From a virus, in the IMG/VR virus record IMGVR_UViG_3300045988_177924: 64,000 nucleotides of DNA; one strand, 5' to 3'. Of this stretch, positions 44,552-55,063 are shown one piece after another. The stretch's first letter is position 1, and each line of letters begins with the position of its first letter. The notes beneath the pieces were generated by a model. The model worked only from the letters and a program-made list of their open reading frames with translations. It had not been told where the DNA came from and did no database searches. The position numbers and the translations under genes were made by a program.

Positions 44552-47035
44552 ATGGCAACATTAGGAAGTCTGCCCATCGGGGCGAAAATAAAAGTACCTC
44601 ATTCGGTAATAGGGGATATCATATTTCTCAAGTGTGACCAAAATCACGAGGGATATCCCGAAAACTCAACGACGCTTATTACGGACAGCATTATTTTATT
44701 CCGTCCGTTTGATGCAAAAGAGCCACAGAATGACACTTTTGCACAACAGAGGAATAAAGAAGGAAACAACCGCTATTCTGTATCAAACATAGACCAATGG
44801 TTAAATTCATCAGCTTCTGCCGGCAATTGGTATTCGCCACAACACTCCAAAGATCAGGCTCCAGACAGCTGGAGTGTTGCAACTCAAAATTTTTATGCTG
44901 CAGATGCTGGATTTCTGAGGGGGTTTAACGCACGGTTTGTTTCAGCACTTAAAGATACTACGATAACAGTTGCGCGAAGCACAACAGAAGACGGGGGCGG
45001 TTATGATACTCTTGTAAGGAAAGTTTTTTTACCGTCAAAAGCAGAACTCTTTAATCAGGCCGAAAACTCAATTATGGAAGGCTCATTGTTGCAGTATTTC
45101 CAAGCAAACACCGATGATATAAGAATAGCTATTATGTCTAGATACTGTGCGGAAGACAACAACAAGCGGGCAGAACAATTAGGCGAATCGATTCGATATT
45201 TACTTGAGGCGGGGAAAAATGGAGCATACCGGTTGAGAACGCCACAAGCTAGCCACGGTTCTTTCGTTAGATACGTAACCACTTCGGGTGCATTATATCA
45301 GAATGCGGCATTTTCTACTTATGAAAGTGGTATTCGCCCAATGTGTAATTTGGCTTCCGACACTTTCGTCTCTGACCAACCCGATAGCGACGGAACTTAT
45401 CAAATTGAAGATCCGCCTATGGAAATTTCTGGCAATGAAGAACCGTTGGGCACATTTGTTTTTCCATTTGTTTATAAGTATAATATACTTAACGCAACCG
45501 GCGTTACCGTGGTTGAAAAACTAAATCAAACACAAGTGCGCAGCTATACTGCCACCAGCGACGAAGAACAAACTTTCGCTTTAACTAATGAGCTGTGGGC
45601 TACTGTGTCAAATGGAGACAACTTCATTCAGATTACCGCCACAAAAGATGACAAAACAGTTACACAAACAAAGCATTTTATTAAAAACTCGACTTTGCAA
45701 CTAAAATACACTGTGAGTCCATCTACAACGACACAACCGACCGCAATCAACGTAGAACTAGACTATGCCAAACCATTTGGCGCAGATTTAGAAGTGTTAG
45801 TATGTAACAACGGCAACGATGAACAACCCACTTGGGAAGATATGACCACGGCGGTCAAAATGGGGGCAAATCACATTTTTAAAAACACCGCGAAAACAGC
45901 CACACAATGGAAACCCATGCTTCAAGTTTCTATAACGCGCGATTCATCAACCGGCGACATAAGATTACGCGGTATTAAAACCGTATTTAACAAAGACCTT
46001 GATCAAGGACGACTTGAAAACATATATGGTGTAGACTTTGTTGGTTCTGAGGATCCAAACGCCCTTGTACGAACGGACGATGCTGTTGGTTTGAATGTAA
46101 CGGTCGGCACTTCAGAAATCACGAGCGATTTCGACAACTGTTATCCTTGGAATAATATCAAAGAGATCACCGACGAATTTGGGAACGTGTTTATCAAGAT
46201 ACCGAAATTCTATAGCAAAATTACAAAAAACGCGGACGGCACCTATAAGCACCAACTTTCTGGCATAAAACATGAAGGTTATGACACATTGTTTAAAGTT
46301 GGGGATAAAGAAATAGACTACGTCTTGGTCGGCAAGTACGAAGGAAGTGGCTCGTCGTCAAAAGTATGGTCGAAATCGGGACAAACGCCGCTTGTAGATA
46401 TTACAATGGACGACTTCCGTAACGGGTGTAAGGCGCACGGCGCAGGCTATCAGCAGTACGACTTTTTGATTGACCTTATCTTGAAAGAATTGTGGCTTGT
46501 CGAAATGGCGACTACAAACTGTCAGTCGATTATGTATGGATATGTCAATGGCTCCTTATCAACGAGTAACACGGGCACAACTGACAGCGTTGCCACTCCG
46601 TCCGGTTCACCAGAAAGCAATACCGACGGCGAACACGCTTGTAAATACCGTGGTATAGAAAACCCGTGGGGTAATATCTCTAAGTGGTGCGACGGTATAT
46701 CATTCAGCGGCTCATCGGTGTATGTATGTACAGAACCAAACGCCTATTCTGCGGGCAAGACTACGGATACTTATGTACTATATGGTGAAAGAGCGGTTAC
46801 CAGCGGTTGGGTAAAGACTGTTGCCCCGCTTAAGGAAAACTCACTTATCCAATACGTAACAAACATCGGTGGCGACGAAAGCACTTATTATAGCGACAAG
46901 TCGTATCAAGGCGGAACCGTTCTCTATTGCGGTTACATCAGCACGAACGCTGGCTTGTGGTCTTGGAATGGTGGCAAATCTGCGTCGTACTCAAGCTACA
47001 GCCTTGGTGGTCGCCTTTGCTATAAACCTGTTTAA
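44552..47035 (+). CDS. receptor-binding protein with C-terminal C-type-lectin/FGE-like domain (827 aa)
   Basis: GGGAGG RBS. The C-terminal ~335 aa are a diverged paralog of the 932-bp repeat domain (..YRGIENPWGNISKWCDGI.. ...GGRLCYKPV*). The N-terminal part has a ..YRLRTP...GIRPMCNL pattern. Confidence 0.6.
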   Translation: MATLGSLPIGAKIKVPHSVIGDIIFLKCDQNHEGYPENSTTLITDSIILFRPFDAKEPQNDTFAQQRNKEGNNRYSVSNIDQWLNSSASAGNWYSPQHSKDQAPDSWSVATQNFYAADAGFLRGFNARFVSALKDTTITVARSTTEDGGGYDTLVRKVFLPSKAELFNQAENSIMEGSLLQYFQANTDDIRIAIMSRYCAEDNNKRAEQLGESIRYLLEAGKNGAYRLRTPQASHGSFVRYVTTSGALYQNAAFSTYESGIRPMCNLASDTFVSDQPDSDGTYQIEDPPMEISGNEEPLGTFVFPFVYKYNILNATGVTVVEKLNQTQVRSYTATSDEEQTFALTNELWATVSNGDNFIQITATKDDKTVTQTKHFIKNSTLQLKYTVSPSTTTQPTAINVELDYAKPFGADLEVLVCNNGNDEQPTWEDMTTAVKMGANHIFKNTAKTATQWKPMLQVSITRDSSTGDIRLRGIKTVFNKDLDQGRLENIYGVDFVGSEDPNALVRTDDAVGLNVTVGTSEITSDFDNCYPWNNIKEITDEFGNVFIKIPKFYSKITKNADGTYKHQLSGIKHEGYDTLFKVGDKEIDYVLVGKYEGSGSSSKVWSKSGQTPLVDITMDDFRNGCKAHGAGYQQYDFLIDLILKELWLVEMATTNCQSIMYGYVNGSLSTSNTGTTDSVATPSGSPESNTDGEHACKYRGIENPWGNISKWCDGISFSGSSVYVCTEPNAYSAGKTTDTYVLYGERAVTSGWVKTVAPLKENSLIQYVTNIGGDESTYYSDKSYQGGTVLYCGYISTNAGLWSWNGGKSASYSSYSLGGRLCYKPV

Positions 47036-47060
47036 TTCAAGAGCTACTAATCAACAAAAT

Positions 47061-47092
47061 GTCTGGGTGGCTAAGTTAATTAGCCCCCAGAC
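47061..47092 (+). terminator. hairpin (terminator candidate)
   Basis: gtctgggtggctaa-gttaa-ttagcccccagac, a 13-bp stem with one bulge. No clean U tract. Confidence 0.4.
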
Positions 47093-47130
47093 GACAAATA
47101 AAACAATACTTTTATTCGGGAGGCAATGAT

Positions 47131-47334
47131 ATGCCAGACACAAACCGTTTTAATAAAAAATGTAAATTTTTAATTCCCGACGGGAATTTTTATTTGTGTG
47201 CCGCAACTGAAAGCGACCGCATTAAGAATTGCATCTCATTTTGCCCAACCGAGTGCAAAAAATTTCAAAGTAAAAAAGGTAAAACAGCCGAGGATTCCTC
47301 GGTAATTGAAGGAGGAACAAATGGCAGTTTATAA
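47131..47334 (+). CDS. Cys-rich miniprotein (67 aa), paralog of 14809..14994
   Basis: GGGAGG 7 nt upstream of the ATG. CKFLIPDGNFYLC...CISFCPTECKKFQS. Overlaps the next gene by 14 nt. Confidence 0.6.
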   Translation: MPDTNRFNKKCKFLIPDGNFYLCAATESDRIKNCISFCPTECKKFQSKKGKTAEDSSVIEGGTNGSL

Positions 47335-50233
47335 ACCTACTTATTGTTACCCTTATCTTGAACCCGTGGATTTAACCATCCCGGATGGTGAAAAATATTT
47401 TACTTGCCAAATTGACACGTCGAATATTGCAATCACGGGTTACAAGATTGAGGTTTACGACGAAAACAATACACTGGTATTTCCACACAAGGATAATAAA
47501 AATAAGATTAGCCCCGTTAGCGAATTATCAAGTGTAACAAATATAGATGGTCTAAATGGCAGCGAATTGCGTATTCCATTTATTCAACATTTTGAACCAA
47601 AAATTACCGCATCGTATAACGCTATTTATTTTAAGGCGACACGGTATGTGGATTATTACCGAGAAGAAATATGGAACACCGGTAAGACATATAAAATAGG
47701 CGATAATGACCAACTCTGTGAGGAAATTGAGATAGACCCCAACACAAAAAGTAAGATCTTAAAACCGGTTGAGATTGATGGTTCCCTTATATTTGTTGGA
47801 GATACGTTTTTAGCAAAAGACTCAATCTACACCGTAACCGCATCAGGCGCTACGGCTGCCCCTGCGCTGACAGAAATTGATATTATCTACGTTAAAAGTG
47901 GATATACATACGCGGGAAGTATTTTCCAATATAAAGATGGAAAGTTGGTTGAATCTATAGACGGCGTATGGGTAGATTGCGATGGAAACGCTTTATCCCT
48001 ATCTAATCAAGGTAAGACATATAAATGGCAAATAACCTTATACTCTGGTTCTAAAGGAGCTACTCTAGAACCGCCAATGGCCGGTTCGGGGGACCCAGGT
48101 CCTCAAAACCTTGTTGCACGTACCATTAACTACGATGCAATGGCCGACTCTGAATTTGACACACTGTTGACCAGTGGAACAATTCTGGGCTCGACCGAAG
48201 ATAGGATTCAAGGTCCAATAAGTGATAAGATTTATGCTAAACAATGGTTACAGTTGTTACGGAAAGACGGTGACAAGTGGGGGCAAGTTGGCACGCGCAC
48301 TTATATAGAATCATACAGCCAGAGTCTAGGGCATATTTATCCTGTTTCGGGTGATTCTCGTGGTTTTGACAATAGTGATTTATATGATACTAAAACCGTG
48401 ATAGTAAACGACGAAGAAAAAACGATTCCGCCTGCGACTCATTTTGCAGTTTACAAATACTCTAACGATCCTAATTCTATAACTTCACAAAACTCGGTTG
48501 ATGAATCAATTAATTTTGTTTTGACAAATTACGGAGCTTCTCATACCACAGGGAGTTATTCTTATGAAGTGACTGGTAGCACGCAAAAAGAGGCTTTAGC
48601 AAACATTAAGGAATTTAATGAGCAATGTATCGCAGACAGGTCGACCCCGCTTTGTAAAATTAGTGATGATGGAACTTCGGGAGTTTATAGTGGCAAATCT
48701 GTTCTTATTTGGAACAAATCGGGCACAACTGGCACAACTGGGAACCCGCTAACTGGTTATTTCACTATTGGTTTTTCCCTTGTGAATGGTAGTAATAATG
48801 AAAAAATCCCCAAATTTGTGTTTGACATGGTTTATGCTTATCGTAAGGTTTCTTCTTACATCGGTAAAGTGTTCTTTGTCAAAGAGGGCTCTTTCGCGAA
48901 CGAGAATATAGTATCAAAGGCAGAAGCGACAGGAGAACAGGATGTTGCATCTTTGGGCTTCCCAATTCCTTTCAATGAAGAAGAACCTTTGGAAATTTAT
49001 CCTGATGCACCCGACGCAACTGGAAAACTCTATGGTGAAATTTACAAAAACAGTGTTAAAGATGAAATAGGCACCGTTTACGTCTCTCCGTTTGTTGGAT
49101 TACAAGCGGGGGCAAGACTCTATGTTTCCGATGGGACAGTTATTAAAGCACAAACTGTTGACACGACGACTTGGGCAGTAACCTATGGTGTCACCGCACC
49201 TGCTTCGACGAGTGCTTATTCTTCTACTAATCCATTGAAGTACGAAATTCGTACTAACTTTAAATCAAGTGACGAAACGCCGTTTTATGCTTATGATTCG
49301 CCGCGTCTCGTACCTTGGGTTTTAGAACATCTAGCGGTTGCAAACGAGCATGGACATGAGTTTCTATTAGAATCCGGTGGAGAAATTTTAACAGTGCCGA
49401 TTTTGTGTTCACAAAAAGTTGATCGCCGTTATATCGAAGTCGGTGGTCAATATTTACAAGCACAAAACAAATCCTGGACTTCATATCGTTGGCTATTGGT
49501 CGACGCATATGGTAATATCATTCAAGACACTGGCAAGCAATATGATGGCGCCATTAAAACAACCTTCTATGGATTAGATGGACCTACGTCTAAAGCAGTT
49601 GCGCAACATCAGGCGATACCTAATGTCTATTACATTGTGTTAATTGTAGAAGACGAACTTGGCAACGTGTTGTTAATGGGTATTAAGATTGAGGTTACTA
49701 TCGATCCTACCGACTTGATAGCACAGTTTTCAAGGGAGTTTGATTGTAAGACACATTCGGTGAAATTAGGTATTCAAGATTATGGTTACCCCGCTTTATC
49801 AAAGGATAAAGATAATACAGCGATCAAACTTGGTGATGCTGATGGTGTGGTAACACATAAAGGGGTACCATCATATGTTGGCTTACAAGGGGTTGACAAG
49901 GGGACAGGCAACACGGGGAATTCTGTGACAACGCCCTCGTGGAAGGCTGCTTCAAAAATGGCACTCCCCTTAGAAGGAGCGCAACTGAAGCGATTCTTTA
50001 AATACAAAGCCAATCAGATTACTGATATCACACAAACTCCAAGCAAAATGGTCGCTAACAAGGAAGGCAACATAGAATTCCACACACAGGTGGAGTTAGA
50101 TGCCAACTTCTGTGGCGACATCTTCACATATGTGGTTGATATCGGTGACCGTTTTGGCAATACAGATAAATTACGCATTTCATTGGCGTTACCAGAGAAC
50201 TTTTTAACATTACAAGGGGGCGATAAGGCATGA
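47321..50233 (+). CDS. large tail/baseplate structural protein (970 aa)
   Basis: ATG 47321 follows GAAGGAGG (the track start at 47306 is inside the RBS). No recognisable motif. Stop overlaps the next start (ATGA). Confidence 0.6.
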   Translation: MAVYKPTYCYPYLEPVDLTIPDGEKYFTCQIDTSNIAITGYKIEVYDENNTLVFPHKDNKNKISPVSELSSVTNIDGLNGSELRIPFIQHFEPKITASYNAIYFKATRYVDYYREEIWNTGKTYKIGDNDQLCEEIEIDPNTKSKILKPVEIDGSLIFVGDTFLAKDSIYTVTASGATAAPALTEIDIIYVKSGYTYAGSIFQYKDGKLVESIDGVWVDCDGNALSLSNQGKTYKWQITLYSGSKGATLEPPMAGSGDPGPQNLVARTINYDAMADSEFDTLLTSGTILGSTEDRIQGPISDKIYAKQWLQLLRKDGDKWGQVGTRTYIESYSQSLGHIYPVSGDSRGFDNSDLYDTKTVIVNDEEKTIPPATHFAVYKYSNDPNSITSQNSVDESINFVLTNYGASHTTGSYSYEVTGSTQKEALANIKEFNEQCIADRSTPLCKISDDGTSGVYSGKSVLIWNKSGTTGTTGNPLTGYFTIGFSLVNGSNNEKIPKFVFDMVYAYRKVSSYIGKVFFVKEGSFANENIVSKAEATGEQDVASLGFPIPFNEEEPLEIYPDAPDATGKLYGEIYKNSVKDEIGTVYVSPFVGLQAGARLYVSDGTVIKAQTVDTTTWAVTYGVTAPASTSAYSSTNPLKYEIRTNFKSSDETPFYAYDSPRLVPWVLEHLAVANEHGHEFLLESGGEILTVPILCSQKVDRRYIEVGGQYLQAQNKSWTSYRWLLVDAYGNIIQDTGKQYDGAIKTTFYGLDGPTSKAVAQHQAIPNVYYIVLIVEDELGNVLLMGIKIEVTIDPTDLIAQFSREFDCKTHSVKLGIQDYGYPALSKDKDNTAIKLGDADGVVTHKGVPSYVGLQGVDKGTGNTGNSVTTPSWKAASKMALPLEGAQLKRFFKYKANQITDITQTPSKMVANKEGNIEFHTQVELDANFCGDIFTYVVDIGDRFGNTDKLRISLALPENFLTLQGGDKA

Positions 50234-52713
50234 AAGGAAATATAGAAAAAATTTACGGCGTAAACCTTGTTGGTTCTCAAGATCCCAATGCGCTTATACG
50301 TGTGGATGATGCAGTGGGATTGAATATAACAGTTGGCACCTCGGAAATCACAAGCGATTTTGATAGTTGCTATCCTTGGAGCGATATTGAAGAGGTGACA
50401 GACAAATTTGGGAATGTTTTTGTTAAAATCCCAAAGTTTTACAGCAAAATCACGAAAAACTCGGACGGAACTTACAAACATCAACTGTCAGGAACGAAAT
50501 ACGAGGGCTTTGATACGTTGTTCAAGGTCGGAGAAAAAGAGATTGACTATGTAATGGTTGGGAAGTATGAGGGAGGTGGCTCGTCGTTCAAAGTTTGCTC
50601 GAAATCGGGACAAACGCCGCTTGTGAACACCACAATGGATCAGTTCCGTAATGGGTGCAAGGCGAACGGTGCAGGCTATCAGCAGTACGACTTTTTAATT
50701 GATTTGATTATCAAAGAGTTGTGGCTCGTGGAAATGAAAACCACAAACTGTCAGTCAATTATGTACGGTTATGTGGTGGGAAACCAATTCAAAGGAATCA
50801 CGGGTACTACAGACAGCGTTGCCACTCCATCGGGTTCGCCAGAGAGCAACACTGACGGTCAACACGCCTGCAAATATAGGGGAATTGAAAATCCGTGGGG
50901 CAACGTATGGAAATGGTGTGATGGCATATCGTTCAGTAACAACTCAGTGTACATATGCACAGAACCAACCTTTTATGAAGCGGCAAAAGTCACAGTACCT
51001 TATGTATATTACGGCACTTGTCCGTCAGACAGCGGATATGTTAAGACCGTGGCTCCGCTCGCGGAAGGCTCGCTCGTTCAATATGTTACTGCGGTTGGAG
51101 GGGACAGAAACACTTATTATTGTGACTCGTCTTATAAAGGTGGAACCGTTCTCGCCTGCGGTGGGGGTTGGAGCAATGGTGGGGTCGCTGGCTTGTGGTG
51201 CTGGCATGGTAACGTTTCTGCGTCGCTCTCGCATCCTGACTTTTGTGGTCGCCTTTGCTATAAACCAGTTGCTTCCTTTAACCCCCTGCGTAACCGTCTT
51301 AATTGTATGGTTAAGAGCAACTCCACTATGCTCGATTGTGTTGGACTGCCTATGTTCCCATTAGCGACAACAACTACCGAAGCGTTTTACTTACAACCTG
51401 CATCGTGGGCCGATTCCGAAACGGGTGACTTAACCAAATATGGGAACACAGAACTCGAATACCTCAATTACCCTCATCCTTTTGACACCCTCACCGGGGA
51501 GCAGATGAGATATGACAACATTAACGAGTACATTAATACAAAAAATCCACGCACAATTGGAGAATGTTGTTTGCAGCCCATTGCTACCTTGGGTTGGCAA
51601 CCACAAACCTGGACGGGATTAACGGATTTTAATGGAAGCTACGTTTGGACCGATGGAGCTCGCGTGTATTACTCGAGTTCATCTCAACAATACCAATTAG
51701 AGCCCTACACTTCAGTTTGGACGCCCAAAAAATGGCAAGGTCCGTTAAATTATTTTGACCTTGATGGAAATAACATTTGGAGCGACGGGTCGACGATTTA
51801 TTACTCAGCAAGCGTTGAAGAACAATATGAACTTGTTCCAAATACTTCTACTTGGATACTCAAAACCTGGAAAGGGTTTACACCTTTACAAGGCGAGAAT
51901 ATCTGGACCGACGGAACAAATATATATTACTCCACTAAAACGAAAGTGAATTATCAATTAGACAAGACCACCTCGACGTGGAATAAAAAAACTTGGGGAG
52001 GATTGTTGACGGATTTTGAGGGTAAGAACGTGTGGACAGATGGAGAGAACATATATTACTCCTATGGCAATTTTCAATATCAGCTCGATCTATCAACGTC
52101 TACTTGGAAACAAAAAACATGGAGTGGAACCAAACCCGAGGCTATAAGTATCTGGACAGACGGAACCAATGTTTATTCTTCCGCTGGTCAACACCAATAT
52201 CAATTAGACAAAGCAACATCTACTTGGAATCCTAAACCCTGGACGGAGTTAACATCGTTCTATGGATTTAATGTTTGGACCGCTCATGGTAATGTATATT
52301 ACTCTGAAGGGGATAAACAATATCAATTGCAAGTGCCAAAAACGAATCAATACAACGTTTGGACCGACCTAAAACGAGTTCAGGTTGTCACTCCGGCGGG
52401 GCCGCGCGTGGTACAAACTAACGAACCCGCAAAGTGGGATGATACAAAATACTGGGTAGAAGGTTGGGATAAAGAAACAGATACTCATATGGTACAAGTC
52501 AAACGTCACCCACAACTAACCAATAAAACACTCAATATTGATTGTTATATGAAAAACATTGATGATTTATACACAGGGTTGGAAACTTGTACTCTCTCAT
52601 ATGAGGACGGCCCTGACGGTAATTCTGGAACGTGGTATCTTAAAAAGCCAGATGGTTCGACCTACATTACGCTCAAAGTCACACAAACACAAAAGCAGGA
52701 GGGGCAATCATGA
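50230..52713 (+). CDS. receptor-binding protein: N-terminal C-type-lectin/FGE-like domain + C-terminal six-unit WTDG..IYYS propeller-like array (827 aa)
   Basis: aa 36-345 are encoded by the 932-bp perfect repeat. nt ~51590-52330 encode six ~40-aa units (..QYQLD..TSTW..K.W.G...F.G..(V/I)WTDG.N(I/V)YYS..). Confidence 0.65.
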   Translation: MKGNIEKIYGVNLVGSQDPNALIRVDDAVGLNITVGTSEITSDFDSCYPWSDIEEVTDKFGNVFVKIPKFYSKITKNSDGTYKHQLSGTKYEGFDTLFKVGEKEIDYVMVGKYEGGGSSFKVCSKSGQTPLVNTTMDQFRNGCKANGAGYQQYDFLIDLIIKELWLVEMKTTNCQSIMYGYVVGNQFKGITGTTDSVATPSGSPESNTDGQHACKYRGIENPWGNVWKWCDGISFSNNSVYICTEPTFYEAAKVTVPYVYYGTCPSDSGYVKTVAPLAEGSLVQYVTAVGGDRNTYYCDSSYKGGTVLACGGGWSNGGVAGLWCWHGNVSASLSHPDFCGRLCYKPVASFNPLRNRLNCMVKSNSTMLDCVGLPMFPLATTTTEAFYLQPASWADSETGDLTKYGNTELEYLNYPHPFDTLTGEQMRYDNINEYINTKNPRTIGECCLQPIATLGWQPQTWTGLTDFNGSYVWTDGARVYYSSSSQQYQLEPYTSVWTPKKWQGPLNYFDLDGNNIWSDGSTIYYSASVEEQYELVPNTSTWILKTWKGFTPLQGENIWTDGTNIYYSTKTKVNYQLDKTTSTWNKKTWGGLLTDFEGKNVWTDGENIYYSYGNFQYQLDLSTSTWKQKTWSGTKPEAISIWTDGTNVYSSAGQHQYQLDKATSTWNPKPWTELTSFYGFNVWTAHGNVYYSEGDKQYQLQVPKTNQYNVWTDLKRVQVVTPAGPRVVQTNEPAKWDDTKYWVEGWDKETDTHMVQVKRHPQLTNKTLNIDCYMKNIDDLYTGLETCTLSYEDGPDGNSGTWYLKKPDGSTYITLKVTQTQKQEGQS
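50335..51266 (+). repeat. 932-bp direct repeat, copy A
   Basis: Matches 56531..57462 at a constant offset of 6,196 nt. I checked both junctions base by base. Interior identity is inferred from three identical translated frames in the ORF track. Confidence 0.85.
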
Positions 52714-53762
52714 AAGAAGGACTAAATAGATATTGTGAAATTTCGTTCTCCGGTCGCCCCGCAGAGTCTGAAACATACGACGTATTCAATGCAGATACAG
52801 AAGTTTATACCATTGGATATGATACCAAACAAAAAGTGTCTTATTTTTATCAAAAACAGTGGGATGGCAAAACTATTCAAGAGAGTTTGGAAAAGCCTAC
52901 AAGTTATACCAATTTGTTTAACGACAAGGGCGAAATTGGTTATTTGATAATCACAGATGGAACCTTCCATGCAGAAACCGATTATGGGGTATACAAAATA
53001 GCTTCTGGTACACCAGGCAACTCTTATTCAATTTACAAAAAAGAAGTTGCCGACGGTATTACGTACTATTCGCCGGTGGCTATTGGTACTACTCAAACAA
53101 CGGTGTACGACTTCAACGTCACCGCTGGACGAGAATATCAATACATCGCTTACTCTGCAGAAGGCAATCCAACTGCAATTCAGAAACTGGAACAACCAAT
53201 AAAAGTAGATTGGGATTGCTGGAGCTTAACAGAGCTCACGCCCGTCAAAATAGACACAGCCAGCCCAGCTATCAAAAAAGCTTATGTAGCAAACCCCACT
53301 AACGTTTGGTTGTTCAAATATGACGTAGAATCAGGCGATCAAGCACAGAACATTTCTAAAACAGAACAAAAGACGCTTGGTCAGTTCCCAAGGTTTGCTC
53401 ACGGTCGCCAGAATAACATTTCCAGTTCTGTAAGTTGTTATCTGGGCAGTGAAATTATCAATCTGGGATGTTTAACCGAGGAGGAGAAGATTCCGTATGC
53501 ACAAGGCTATTTGGAAAGACTTCCTTGGAAATCTCATTTGACCACCAACCAAAAGGTTATGATGCTGCAAGAATGGCGTAAAATTGTGGCGTCGAAAAAT
53601 CCAAAATTAATCAAAGACCGCAAGGGACAAGCCTTCATTGTGCAAATCACCAACGGTTCAAACAAACCAACCGACAACATCGGTTATCAGCCCGACAAAA
53701 TCAATTTCAGTTGGACACAAATTGCCTCACTGGATGACACGATTATTACGGGCGGCAATTAA
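52710..53762 (+). CDS. putative distal-tail/baseplate component (350 aa)
   Basis: AGGAGG RBS, coupled to neighbours. Position just before the hub-like and spike-like genes. Assignment is positional only. Confidence 0.3.
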   Translation: MKEGLNRYCEISFSGRPAESETYDVFNADTEVYTIGYDTKQKVSYFYQKQWDGKTIQESLEKPTSYTNLFNDKGEIGYLIITDGTFHAETDYGVYKIASGTPGNSYSIYKKEVADGITYYSPVAIGTTQTTVYDFNVTAGREYQYIAYSAEGNPTAIQKLEQPIKVDWDCWSLTELTPVKIDTASPAIKKAYVANPTNVWLFKYDVESGDQAQNISKTEQKTLGQFPRFAHGRQNNISSSVSCYLGSEIINLGCLTEEEKIPYAQGYLERLPWKSHLTTNQKVMMLQEWRKIVASKNPKLIKDRKGQAFIVQITNGSNKPTDNIGYQPDKINFSWTQIASLDDTIITGGN

Positions 53763-53793
53763 AATTTTTCTTCAATTCTTTAGGAGGTGCAAA

Positions 53794-55053
53794 ATGGCTC
53801 GAATTATAAAAACTATTGGTTTAGCGAGCGGAGATGTATTATCATTAAGTGTTATGAGCGGGGATACTTACTTAGATTCCAACGTGAGTATCCCAGAGCT
53901 TAACGATTTAATCAACTCTCCGATTTTGCGCCCCCGATATAGAATTTTTCTTCTTCATCCCGATGAAACAGTCGATTATCAAATTCCCGATGAAGATATT
54001 CTATTAAGTGGTTCGTCTTATAGTGAACAATATCAAAATGGTCAACGTCGTTCGTTGTCGTTTTCGCTCTATAATACGGATAAAAAATATACCCCCTCAG
54101 TCCACACCCTATGGGCGGAAACTAAATTCGCTCTCGATTTGGGTATTGAAAAAGATGACGGGAGCATTATCTGGAAACGCAGCGGTGTTTATGTGGCCTC
54201 GTCACTGACGCCGTCGGAAGATCCAGACTCCCAAACCGTTGCCGTACAGACTGGTGACAAGTTTTCGATTTTCGAGGGGAAACTTGGTACGCTTGAGACC
54301 AGTTACGAGATTCCTACAGGGACAGACATTGAAGATACAATTAGAGGGATTTTGCTCGGTTCAAAGGGTAATGGATACCCTTTGGATCCAGCCCCTATTA
54401 TTTATCATTCAAGTTTTAAAGGGAAGAAAACTCAAGCTAAAATTAGCAAATCTGCGGGTGAGACTCTCGGTAGTATTTTGCTGGAATTGGCTAACCAGTT
54501 ATCAGCAGAAATGTTTTATAACTCTAATGGTAATTTAACAATATTACCGACACAGGAAACCACGCTGGATATAGACAAACCTGTTATCTGTGAATTAACT
54601 GACAGCAATGGAGATTTTTCAGGGTTGTCGTTTGGATTACAGGTTAATAACATTGTCAACCGTGTCGTTGTTATAGGGGCAACAGTAGATGGAAAAGTTT
54701 ATACTGCAATTGCAGAAAATGACGATCCTACTTCACCTCTTTGTTATCAACGAATTGGTTACAGAACTGGACCGGTTGTCAACGATAGTAACATTACATC
54801 GCAAAGTTTGGCTGACGACAGGGCAAAATATGAGCTGAGAAAACAATTGATTCTCAAGTCGTCAGTAAGTACAAACATCAGTTTTAATCCTCTATTGTCG
54901 GTTAATAATTTGATCGAAATCACAGATGAGTTTTTTGGATTAGACCACGAGAGGTTTTTGTTACAAGGTGTATCGTGTAGTTTGGACTATTCGGGGGCAA
55001 TGTCGATTACAGTATCAAACGTGCGCAATTTACCATTTGCATCACGAATCTAG
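53794..55053 (+). CDS. putative baseplate hub / tail-tip protein (419 aa)
   Basis: ATG 53794 follows TAGGAGG (the track start at 53638 lies inside the previous gene). General resemblance to gp27/Tal-N-type hub proteins, and directly precedes a spike-like gene. Confidence 0.4.
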   Translation: MARIIKTIGLASGDVLSLSVMSGDTYLDSNVSIPELNDLINSPILRPRYRIFLLHPDETVDYQIPDEDILLSGSSYSEQYQNGQRRSLSFSLYNTDKKYTPSVHTLWAETKFALDLGIEKDDGSIIWKRSGVYVASSLTPSEDPDSQTVAVQTGDKFSIFEGKLGTLETSYEIPTGTDIEDTIRGILLGSKGNGYPLDPAPIIYHSSFKGKKTQAKISKSAGETLGSILLELANQLSAEMFYNSNGNLTILPTQETTLDIDKPVICELTDSNGDFSGLSFGLQVNNIVNRVVVIGATVDGKVYTAIAENDDPTSPLCYQRIGYRTGPVVNDSNITSQSLADDRAKYELRKQLILKSSVSTNISFNPLLSVNNLIEITDEFFGLDHERFLLQGVSCSLDYSGAMSITVSNVRNLPFASRI

Positions 55054-55063
55054 GGGGTAATTT

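Noticed and set aside
51100-51266. An active diversity-generating retroelement in this window
   Set aside because: No reverse transcriptase ORF (no YxDD-type motif in a suitably sized ORF) and no non-coding template repeat were found. The two best variable-region candidates are identical to each other, and their differences from the third copy are not restricted to adenine positions. Only the fold-level resemblance is kept as a finding.
50771-51364. 197-aa and 205-aa alternative-frame + strand ORFs (50771..51364, 56967..57584) and minus-strand ORFs inside the 932-bp repeat
   Set aside because: They are fully nested in well-supported genes, have no RBS, and are duplicated only because the underlying DNA is duplicated.
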